IMG/VR virus record: IMGVR_UViG_3300046779_001067
Coordinates: 1-61,108 of that record
Source: a virus
Lineage: Duplodnaviria > Caudoviricetes
Direction: 5' to 3' (one strand)
Length of the DNA: 61,108 bases
In this document: positions 1 through 6,839 of the stretch, one piece after another
Layout of the letters: each line of letters opens with the position of its first letter
Numbering within the stretch: the stretch's first letter is position 1
The notes under the pieces: generated by a model
Seen by the model: only the letters and a program-made list of their open reading frames with translations
The model's database searches: none
Told to the model about the DNA's origin: nothing
Program-made: the position numbers and the translations under genes

Positions 1-105
1 ATTCGCAATCTTGTATTCGTCTGGTGTGAATGCATCGATGTAGCATTCTGGGAACATCTGGCGCAGACGTTCTAACTCTGCGTTGAATAACTTTTGATTG
101 AACAT
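1..105 (-). CDS. 5' part of hypothetical early protein (complete copy at 59265..59501)
   Basis: Identical to 59397-59501; ATG preceded by AAGGTAGGTAGGT. Confidence 0.8.
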   Translation of the reverse strand, partial: MFNQKLFNAELERLRQMFPECYIDAFTPDEYKIAN

Positions 106-166
106 ACCTACCTACCTTATGGAATGAATACCTGTACCAAGAATGATACAGGTATATGTAAACGTA

Positions 167-727
167 TCAGCAACCTATGGATGCTACCAAACGACCAGCG
201 ATGTATTCCTTGATTTCCTTGCGTGTATATGCACCAGCAAATTCAATCTGATGAATGATTCGCTGCACACTATCCCTACCATAGGTAAATGTAATGCTTT
301 CCAAATGCTTGTTCTTGTCGAACTGGAATAGACCATAGTTATGGATGCCGCCATTCCCATAGACTGAGATTTCTAAGTCTATAGAATTGCCTTCTGGGTC
401 ATACAATCCAACGCTTACAGATTCGATATCTAGGATGTGCTTCCAGAACATAGCACGTATATCGTCAAAGTCTATAGAGTAACGTTTGATGCCATATTGT
501 GCATACACTGCATCTGCCACGCTATCGATATGCTCATTCCATACCGTATCAGCACCAGAACACACGCCTATGGTGTTAGGTAATTCCATCACCTGGTGCT
601 TATCACCATCTACGAATGCGTGGTAAAGCTTGAATGAGATACTTTCACGCTGGCATACCTGTACCTGCTCCAACATATCGGATGCCGATATTTGGTCGAT
701 ATCGACCGATTCAATTCTGATGTTCAT
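167..727 (-). CDS. Hypothetical early protein (186 aa)
   Basis: ORF 167..799; start moved to 727 because of the RBS motif and the paralogous copy 59563..60123. Confidence 0.8.
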   Translation of the reverse strand: MNIRIESVDIDQISASDMLEQVQVCQRESISFKLYHAFVDGDKHQVMELPNTIGVCSGADTVWNEHIDSVADAVYAQYGIKRYSIDFDDIRAMFWKHILDIESVSVGLYDPEGNSIDLEISVYGNGGIHNYGLFQFDKNKHLESITFTYGRDSVQRIIHQIEFAGAYTRKEIKEYIAGRLVASIGC

Positions 728-737
728 AACTACCTGC

Positions 738-941
738 CTACTCCTGGATGCCTTCGTTGTCGTTACCGATATACTCTGCGATGATTTCCCCATCATCATC
801 TACCAGCGTTACCGATTCTCCTGCTGCCCTTCCGTATCCAATCGATGATAGGTTTACGTATGTCTGGTATTGATACTCTGCTACCTTCAGAGTGTCATAC
901 TTTCCGATTGTGCCGATGTTACCGACGATAAGTGTATACAT
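738..941 (-). CDS. Hypothetical early protein (67 aa)
   Basis: ORF conserved in the second copy at 60463..60666. Confidence 0.8.
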   Translation of the reverse strand: MYTLIVGNIGTIGKYDTLKVAEYQYQTYVNLSSIGYGRAAGESVTLVDDDGEIIAEYIGNDNEGIQE

Positions 942-947
942 AGCTGC

Positions 948-1202
948 CTATTCTCCTACCTCTGCTTCGTCGCAGACTGTCGCAAAAATGATGATGTTCG
1001 TCCCTTTAGGGAATTCGATTGTGAGTGTGTCATTACTCCAGAAATAGTAACGATGTGGGTATGTGATGCCTAGTGTACGTTTGACCTTGCGAACAACAGC
1101 AGTATCGCTGATTTTACCTGTATGGGTTACAGTCTTACGAACAACCCATCCATAGTTAGCGTTACCTGCGTCTGTGTCTGTCATTTCAATATTGAGATTC
1201 AT
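948..1202 (-). CDS. Hypothetical early protein (84 aa)
   Basis: ORF with GAAAGGCAGGTAGGT RBS; conserved at 60673..60927. Confidence 0.85.
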   Translation of the reverse strand: MNLNIEMTDTDAGNANYGWVVRKTVTHTGKISDTAVVRKVKRTLGITYPHRYYFWSNDTLTIEFPKGTNIIIFATVCDEAEVGE

Positions 1203-1216
1203 ACCTACCTGCCTTT

Positions 1217-1270
1217 CATGACTAGTATACTATATTGTACGGTAGTGTGTAGTGTTAGATATTCCACACT
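1217..1270 (-). promoter_or_regulatory. Repeated early promoter (TATACT -10, TACCGTAC spacer box, upstream TGTG-N-CACA-type palindrome)
   Basis: Near copy of 1563-1615, 3675-3730 and 60942-60995; directly upstream of an RBS and ATG. Confidence 0.7.
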
Positions 1271-1272
1271 AC

Positions 1273-1548
1273 CTACCTTTCTATGAGACTTCCCCAATCA
1301 CCGATACGTATCTTTCCATTCACACGTAGGATTGTTGTAGCGTATGTATCACCCATATTGACGTATGCAATGGTGCGATTTCTATCGTCTATGTATTCAA
1401 CGCCATATCCTTTCAGGATTCTGTTAATTCCACCTAGTGGTATAAAATGTGCGTCAAGCTCACGTTGATGCTCAAATTCTGAGCGTAATGCTTTTGCCTT
1501 GTCGATGCCAAAATGTTTTGCCATCGCTTTTACTGTTGGAATGTTCAT
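1273..1548 (-). CDS. Hypothetical early protein (91 aa)
   Basis: ORF with GAAAGGTAGGCAGGT RBS. Confidence 0.85.
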   Translation of the reverse strand: MNIPTVKAMAKHFGIDKAKALRSEFEHQRELDAHFIPLGGINRILKGYGVEYIDDRNRTIAYVNMGDTYATTILRVNGKIRIGDWGSLIER

Positions 1549-1562
1549 ACCTGCCTACCTTT

Positions 1563-1615
1563 CATAACTAGTATACTGCATTGTACGGTAGTGTGAAGTG
1601 TGAGATATTCCACAC
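1563..1615 (-). promoter_or_regulatory. Repeated early promoter TTCACA-16-TATACT with CRP/FNR-like box TGTGG-N6-TCACA
   Basis: Minus strand reads GTGTGGAATATCTCACACTTCACACTACCGTACAATGCAGTATACT. Confidence 0.7.
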
Positions 1616-1629
1616 TACCCTATGCCTAT

Positions 1630-1923
1630 CTACCTTGCGATTGTTTTGCTCCGTAGGGATTGTTCTACATAATCGTGGAGTCTATCAATGTCATTTGATA
1701 TCGTGAATCCTTCAGCACCATTGCAATCGATGCGCCATAGATTGGCGAGATTAATAACCAATTCATGTAAGGTTTTACGATTCTCGCCCAATTCTGCTAT
1801 GGATGTAGCGATAGATTCCAATTGTTCTATACGTTCGTCCTTGCCCTGGATTGTATGTAAATCCCTGATGTCTGCTAAGATGTCAAATACACGTTCACGC
1901 CTTGTGAGATTGCCAATTACCAT
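1630..1923 (-). CDS. Hypothetical early protein (97 aa)
   Basis: ORF with GAAAGGTAGGTAG RBS. Confidence 0.8.
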   Translation of the reverse strand: MVIGNLTRRERVFDILADIRDLHTIQGKDERIEQLESIATSIAELGENRKTLHELVINLANLWRIDCNGAEGFTISNDIDRLHDYVEQSLRSKTIAR

Positions 1924-1941
1924 TTCTATCTACCTACCTTT

Positions 1942-2241
1942 CTATATACGAACGTCTGATGCTTTGATGTGTGAATAGTATCCCTTTGATGGATAAAGCT
2001 TGAGATAGTTACGTGTACACATACGCTTGACATCAAACCTACCTGCTACGCTATGGCTCCAGCCTTCTCGCTTTATCGCTACGATATGATTTCCAGCATA
2101 TGCCAGCCTTGCGTAGAATGGCATTTCGTTATTCGCTACCTCAAATTCCTTTAGACTCTTGTAATCCTTGATAATGCGTACGTTTCGATTGGCTGCGTAG
2201 TCAGCTTGAGATTGTGCTATGTGAATATCTAAATGGTACAT
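1942..2241 (-). CDS. Hypothetical early protein (99 aa)
   Basis: ORF with GAAAGGTAGGT RBS. Confidence 0.8.
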   Translation of the reverse strand: MYHLDIHIAQSQADYAANRNVRIIKDYKSLKEFEVANNEMPFYARLAYAGNHIVAIKREGWSHSVAGRFDVKRMCTRNYLKLYPSKGYYSHIKASDVRI

Positions 2242-2302
2242 ACATACCTACCTTTCAGACGGTAGGGTATCCAACGGTATGAATACCCTACAGTTACCTA
2301 TC

Positions 2303-2554
2303 TTAGATGTACCTGCCTGATACCTGCCCAGACTCCACCAATTCATGTACATACTTTGCGATATCACGAGCATCAAATTTGTAGAATCCAAATTCAATAT
2401 CTCGGAGAACATCATCGTCTGATGCATCGTATATTTCCATTGATTCGGTTTCATCGTAGACTGTCACGCGAACATTTCCACGTTCATTCCACATATTGAC
2501 GTAGTAACTTGTGTTACCTAGACCATCACGATTTGAAACTGTAACTGCTGGCAT
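2303..2554 (-). CDS. Hypothetical early protein (83 aa)
   Basis: ORF with GAAAGG RBS; fits between intergenic motifs. Confidence 0.8.
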   Translation of the reverse strand: MPAVTVSNRDGLGNTSYYVNMWNERGNVRVTVYDETESMEIYDASDDDVLRDIEFGFYKFDARDIAKYVHELVESGQVSGRYI

Positions 2555-2644
2555 ATCTATAACCTTTCATTGATAACTGGTATCAGTCTGTTAGATACCT
2601 TTCAGATGGTAGGGTATACGCTTGTATACCCTACCGTTACCTAC

Positions 2645-2842
2645 CTACTTGTTATGTGTGCTATTCATCGCTGATAGCACGTCCTGGATTTCCCTAAGCT
2701 GAGAATACACTACTGCAAAGTCTGAGAATCTATCAGTTAGCAATTGCGAGTCTGGCATATGCTTCATTTTCAACACTCGTTTAATTACCTCTGCGATAAG
2801 TAACTCTGCCTCTGGTAACGTTTGTATATCTACGTTATTCAT
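2645..2842 (-). CDS. Hypothetical early protein (65 aa)
   Basis: ORF with GAAAGGCAGGCAGGT RBS. Confidence 0.8.
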   Translation of the reverse strand: MNNVDIQTLPEAELLIAEVIKRVLKMKHMPDSQLLTDRFSDFAVVYSQLREIQDVLSAMNSTHNK

Positions 2843-2874
2843 ACCTGCCTGCCTTTCAAGGTAAATGGTTCCAG

Positions 2875-3234
2875 CTACTTATCGAGCCTACCTTGGAACG
2901 TGAACGATGTTCTGAATTTGTCTGCTGCATCGTAATAGATATCGGTTAGCACGTTACCGTTACCATCTATCGTTGTATACGTTTTGACGTTATGATGCCC
3001 AGAATACAAATTGCGCATCACGTCAAGCAAATCAGCATCCGACATTTGTATATCCATCGAGAATAACTCCGTAGATATATGTATTCGCTTTAGGCTGTTA
3101 AGCGTGTATCGTTGTGATGTAAACGTACCACTTTGGATTACATAACGTCCTGGAAATTTTTCAACGAATACCGTAGCATCCTGAGCTTTGGATAAGTTAT
3201 AAGCGAAAATCATAATATTGAAAATATCTACCAT
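2875..3234 (-). CDS. Hypothetical early protein (119 aa)
   Basis: ORF with GAAAGGTAG RBS. Confidence 0.8.
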   Translation of the reverse strand: MVDIFNIMIFAYNLSKAQDATVFVEKFPGRYVIQSGTFTSQRYTLNSLKRIHISTELFSMDIQMSDADLLDVMRNLYSGHHNVKTYTTIDGNGNVLTDIYYDAADKFRTSFTFQGRLDK

Positions 3235-3294
3235 CTACATCTACCTTTCATCTGGTAGGGTACACGCTCGCATACCCTACCGTTACCTACCTAT

Positions 3295-3624
3295 CTACTC
3301 GTTGTCTTCGTCTTCGTCTTCGTCTTCGTCTTGGGTTAATTCGGCATCATCATTTACGTGACTTGCGATTTCGTGCCAGTCTACGGAACGCATAAAACTA
3401 TTGACTACATCCCCAATAAATCCCTGCGTGATGCTATTCTCCCCATACTTATCATCATCGGAATCTTTACGGTATTTGCTATCGAGGTATTGTTCAACTT
3501 GGCTTTGACACCAATCGGCATCGACAGCTTCACCATTATCGGACGCGATAGATACCATATCATCCATAAACCACAAACCTACGTTCCACGTTTCGTAATT
3601 CGCCCAGCCGTTGTATCGTTCCAT
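3295..3624 (-). CDS. Acidic early protein (YNGWxNYETW motif, poly-DE tail)
   Basis: N-terminal motif familiar from phage early proteins; GAAGAC hexamer repeats encode DEDEDED. Confidence 0.85.
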   Translation of the reverse strand: MERYNGWANYETWNVGLWFMDDMVSIASDNGEAVDADWCQSQVEQYLDSKYRKDSDDDKYGENSITQGFIGDVVNSFMRSVDWHEIASHVNDDAELTQDEDEDEDEDNE

Positions 3625-3674
3625 AGTTACCTACCTGTTACCTTTCATCGGTACTGCGTACCTGCATCTGCCTA

Positions 3675-3730
3675 CACTACTAGTCTACCAGATTGTACGG
3701 TATGTGTGTATGTGAGATATTGCACACATA
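3675..3730 (-). promoter_or_regulatory. Repeated early promoter (TGG-TAGACT -10, TACCGTAC box, TGTGC-N6-TCACA)
   Basis: Similarity to 1217-1270 and 1563-1615. Confidence 0.65.
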
Positions 3731-3752
3731 CCGTATACCCTACGCCTGGATT

Positions 3753-3881
3753 TTATCTACCCTGTAGAATCCACAACCCACAATAGATTATATAGAATGC
3801 GCCAAGTGTGAATACTGCCACCGCCAAGCTTTCAAGCGTACGCCTAGCACGTTTACCTGCGTCAAATGATTTCCTACACAT
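3753..3881 (-). CDS. Small membrane peptide (42 aa; below ORF-track cut-off)
   Basis: MCRKSFDAGKRARRTLESLAVAVFTLGAFYIIYCGLWILQGR; GAAAGG RBS; one hydrophobic segment. Confidence 0.7.
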   Translation of the reverse strand: MCRKSFDAGKRARRTLESLAVAVFTLGAFYIIYCGLWILQGR

Positions 3882-3943
3882 AGTCTTATCCTTTCATCTG
3901 GCAGGGTACCTGTTAGATACCCTGCATTTACCTACCTGCTAAT

Positions 3944-4168
3944 CTATATAGCGTGGTCACCTTCACACGCATTTTCTACATCTGGGTCAATAATGAAATC
4001 CGATACCTCCGCCAATTGTGAATACATCAAACCGATACACTCGGTAAAACTATCGGACAATTCCGGTACATCCTTGCATACCGTAGTAATTGCTTGTTGC
4101 ACGTTACGTAAATTTTGCATGACATGACCCAGCATTTGATGGGCATTTTCTAACGTCTGAATTTCCAT
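3944..4168 (-). CDS. Hypothetical early protein (74 aa)
   Basis: ORF 3944..4210; start moved to MEIQ after the GAAAGG RBS. Confidence 0.75.
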   Translation of the reverse strand: MEIQTLENAHQMLGHVMQNLRNVQQAITTVCKDVPELSDSFTECIGLMYSQLAEVSDFIIDPDVENACEGDHAI

Positions 4169-4228
4169 TTGTTCTAACCTTTCATACTGTGCAGGGTATA
4201 CGGTATGCATACCCTGCTAACCTTTCAT

Positions 4229-4495
4229 CTAGTCGTTGTCGGCATATGCCGATGGTATACGACACTCGCAATTCTCACAGTACAATTCGGGATTCTCCCA
4301 ATTGACATCTGATATTTCTACACACCAATTATCGTCGTCAGTATCGGCACATAATGCGAGGTTGTTATTCACACAATCTGGGCATAAGGTAGCACAATCG
4401 CGCGTTATGTAATAGATAGGGTACAGCCCTGGAAATGCTACCGTTGGGACTGGTTTACTTGCGTCAACCTTGAATGTAAAATTCTCTTTCAACAT
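4229..4495 (-). CDS. Small zinc-binding protein (two CxxC)
   Basis: LCPDC and YCENC motifs. Confidence 0.8.
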   Translation of the reverse strand: MLKENFTFKVDASKPVPTVAFPGLYPIYYITRDCATLCPDCVNNNLALCADTDDDNWCVEISDVNWENPELYCENCECRIPSAYADND

Positions 4496-4499
4496 CGGT

Positions 4500-4604
4500 C
4501 TATTTACCTTTCACCATCAATTCAGAAATGCCAAACGATGTACACCAAATAGATACTGGGAACGCATAGATACATAACGCCATAAACAAATCAGACATCA
4601 ACAT
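4500..4604 (-). CDS. Small membrane peptide (34 aa; below ORF-track cut-off)
   Basis: MLMSDLFMALCIYAFPVSIWCTSFGISELMVKGK; fills the gap between intergenic motifs. Confidence 0.6.
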   Translation of the reverse strand: MLMSDLFMALCIYAFPVSIWCTSFGISELMVKGK

Positions 4605-4672
4605 TTCTACCACCTGATAACCTTTCATAATGTGCAGGGTATACATAGGCGCATACCCTGCTAACCTTTCAT

Positions 4673-4909
4673 CTATTCAGTATCGCCATACTCTGCGGAG
4701 TAAATGCAACCTTCACACACTGTGCATATATCGTAACCACTTGACGGTATATGCGTGATGGTTACATCGTAACAAGTGTTATACACATCGCAATTCTCAC
4801 AACGTGCAAAGTAACTGCCAGACTCAAAATCTGGGCTACCTACAAAGTCGAATTCACCATTTGCATAATGCGCTACATAGTTACATACCAATTCATCTAC
4901 AGTTTCCAT
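4673..4909 (-). CDS. Small Cys-rich acidic protein
   Basis: CENC and CEGC motifs; downstream of a promoter repeat. Confidence 0.75.
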   Translation of the reverse strand: METVDELVCNYVAHYANGEFDFVGSPDFESGSYFARCENCDVYNTCYDVTITHIPSSGYDICTVCEGCIYSAEYGDTE

Positions 4910-4922
4910 AACGTCCTACTTT

Positions 4923-4975
4923 CATATTGAGTATTACATACCGTACGGTATATGGCAAGTGTAAAATGTCACACC
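4923..4975 (-). promoter_or_regulatory. Early promoter TTGCCA-17-AATACT with palindrome ATACCGTACGGTAT in the spacer
   Basis: Seen directly; same spacer palindrome at 5660-5700. Confidence 0.7.
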
Positions 4976-4977
4976 TG

Positions 4978-5295
4978 CTAACCGATAAAGTATTCCGTAC
5001 CGTCTACCCACTGCGTACCGTCTATGTGCCATACAAAGGATTTCTGAGATACTGAAAGCTTGCTACCTATACCCGACAGTATTGCATTGATACGTGATTT
5101 CGTTGTCTGCGTAGAATACCCACGATTCCACAGGGTAATTCGAGTCAAGCCTATCTCGGCAATTAGGCTGTTGTGTAGATACACAAGTGTAATTCTACTG
5201 TCGTCTACGTCTATGTGACGCACTTCCGTATTATCCAACCTCCAGGATTTACCCTGCCGAATAGCCTGCATCATTTGCTTCTCAATTACTCGCAT
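4978..5295 (-). CDS. Conserved phage early protein (TTKSRxNA motif)
   Basis: VYLH...IAEI and STQTTKSRINAIL resemble a widespread phage hypothetical family; function unknown. Confidence 0.8.
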   Translation of the reverse strand: MRVIEKQMMQAIRQGKSWRLDNTEVRHIDVDDSRITLVYLHNSLIAEIGLTRITLWNRGYSTQTTKSRINAILSGIGSKLSVSQKSFVWHIDGTQWVDGTEYFIG

Positions 5296-5406
5296 TTTGT
5301 TTACCTTTCATACTGGGCAGGTACCTTGCGATACCTGCCGATACTACCGTATACCTTTACTGATTTTTATCTACTTTGTTGGTTTGAGAATGATTCTCAA
5401 TAACAG

Positions 5407-5628
5407 TTAGAATGTCCCACCTGTCAATTCAATAACACGTTGGACACATACCCGCAATTTCAAATGGCGAGATTTGTAACCATCAGGTGACAAATTGCGT
5501 GGCGATACACCGTCTGATTCGTGCAATTCAATTGTTGTGTGTTTGATAAGTTCCATAAGTTCCGGTACGTCGTGATTTCGCAAGACATATTGCATCTTGC
5601 GATACTGTAACGATTGCTTGTCTGTCAT
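5407..5628 (-). CDS. Hypothetical early protein (73 aa), first gene of the leftward array
   Basis: ORF with GAAAGGT RBS, downstream of a promoter. Confidence 0.75.
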   Translation of the reverse strand: MTDKQSLQYRKMQYVLRNHDVPELMELIKHTTIELHESDGVSPRNLSPDGYKSRHLKLRVCVQRVIELTGGTF

Positions 5629-5659
5629 CTCTTTGTTTACCTTTCGTAGTTCCTACCGA

Positions 5660-5735
5660 CATCAATAGTATTGCATACCGTACGGTATATTGCAAGGGTT
5701 CAAGCCCAGGATTTAGTGTGAACAATTACACACTG
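5660..5735 (-). promoter_or_regulatory. Early promoter TTGCAA-17-AATACT with ATACCGTACGGTAT palindrome and upstream TGTGA-N6-ACACA
   Basis: Seen directly. Confidence 0.7.
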
Positions 5736-6256
5736 CCATACACTCCCAATTACTTGACAACTTACCCATACTTGTGGTATTCACGCGCGCGCGTTCCATT
5801 CTATACAGATTTGCCTATCACGCAGGGTGGTATTTGTACGATGTAAAGTGAGGACTCCGAAAAGCTGGAATACACGATGTGGGGTACCGGGTAAGGCAAC
5901 CTCCCGTCCCCAGTCCGCGTATTGGATGGGGGGACTCCTACGGATATATCTCCATATTTCCTATCTCTATATTTCTCCCACAGTAGATATGCGGTTATCC
6001 ATATCCATATCTACTACATCGTTGCAAAGTGTAACAATAGTAAATTTCTTTCCTATCTCACCTACTCCAATTGTAAGGTGGTCAACTACTGTTACGTACA
6101 ATTTATACTCAGGTAGAAGATTGATAGATGGTGCTGAAGTAAGTGTGTTCCGTATAGCTGGCGTATGGTGTGCATATGAAGGTAGTACAAGTCAGATAGG
6201 TATTCCGTATGCACACGTACGTTGTACGTACATTTATTAGCAGTATTATGATGAGT

Positions 6257-6604
6257 ATGAATAAGACTAAAACGCTGTACCATTATGCCCTTAGAAATAT
6301 ACGTGTAGTTGACGGTGATACGTTGGAGGCTGATATCGACCTAGGCTTTGGTGTAGCCCTTACATCAATCAAGATACGGGTAGCAAAGATTGACTGCCCT
6401 GAGATGAGTACAGAGGCTGGAGTAAATGCTAAAGGCTTTACTGAAAACTGGATTACCAGTAAGGCAGATACCGTACAGGTAGTTGTTAGTGTAAAGAACC
6501 ACAAGAAGGACAAATACGGCAGGATACTAGGTTCTGTATCAGCTGATGGAGAAGACCTGGCTGAGATGCTTATGGATGCTGGTCACGCTATGGGTTATAT
6601 GTAG
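6257..6604 (+). CDS. Staphylococcal nuclease (thermonuclease/SNase) family protein
   Basis: RVVDGDT, IRVAKIDCPE and DKYGRILG motifs; start uncertain (6248-6257). Confidence 0.9.
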   Translation: MNKTKTLYHYALRNIRVVDGDTLEADIDLGFGVALTSIKIRVAKIDCPEMSTEAGVNAKGFTENWITSKADTVQVVVSVKNHKKDKYGRILGSVSADGEDLAEMLMDAGHAMGYM

Positions 6605-6666
6605 ATATAGGGTATTATGTTCTTGCCACTGAGAAGTGAGCATCAACAAGAACAACAACCTACCAA

Positions 6667-6703
6667 AGGAAGAACCCCGGTGACAAGCCGGGGTTTTTCT
6701 TTG
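6667..6703 (+). terminator. Intrinsic terminator (possibly bidirectional)
   Basis: AACCCCGG-loop-CCGGGGTT followed by TTTCTTT. Confidence 0.8.
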
Positions 6704-6839
6704 TTAACAGAGGTTATAAGCCAATGGAGTATTCTGACTTGGGTTTTCTGGAGACTTTCATTCAGAATGCCACCTCTCGGTGGTGATTACAGTATACATC
6801 TAGACTAGTAGATATACCACTATATGGTACAATTGGCAG

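Larger units (their letters stand above)
1..1383. repeat. Left copy of terminal redundancy (diverged direct repeat of 59397..61108)
   Basis: Position 1 aligns to 59397 and 1383 to 61108. Identical over about 1-107 and 1257-1383, with scattered substitutions between and a 329-bp net indel at ~730. Confidence 0.95.
2261..5339 (-). repeat. Dispersed family of 7 intergenic hairpins G(T/C)AG(G)GTAT-loop-(A/G)TAC(C)CT(A/G)C
   Basis: Copies at 2262-2291, 2608-2635, 3254-3281, 3901-3925, 4191-4217, 4634-4661 and 5316-5339; each lies just upstream of TGAAAGG on the minus strand. Confidence 0.85.

Noticed and set aside
1-1383. Diversity-generating retroelement (TR/VR pair) explaining the diverged copies
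   Set aside because: Differences are not restricted to adenines, and no reverse transcriptase is encoded.
2248-2454. 68-aa minus-strand ORF
   Set aside because: Overlaps the better-supported 2303..2554 in another frame and runs through an intergenic hairpin.
2261-5339. CRISPR array or integron attC array
   Set aside because: The repeats are separated by whole genes of variable length and have variable loops. They lack RYYYAAC/GTTRRRY ends, and no cas or tyrosine-integrase gene is present.
167-5628. TAG-to-sense recoding
   Set aside because: TAG codons are followed by hairpins, promoters and new RBS motifs, and long late genes are uninterrupted in code 11.
5827-6240. 137-aa plus-strand ORF and overlapping short ORFs
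   Set aside because: No RBS, low-complexity composition; more consistent with a non-coding switch region.
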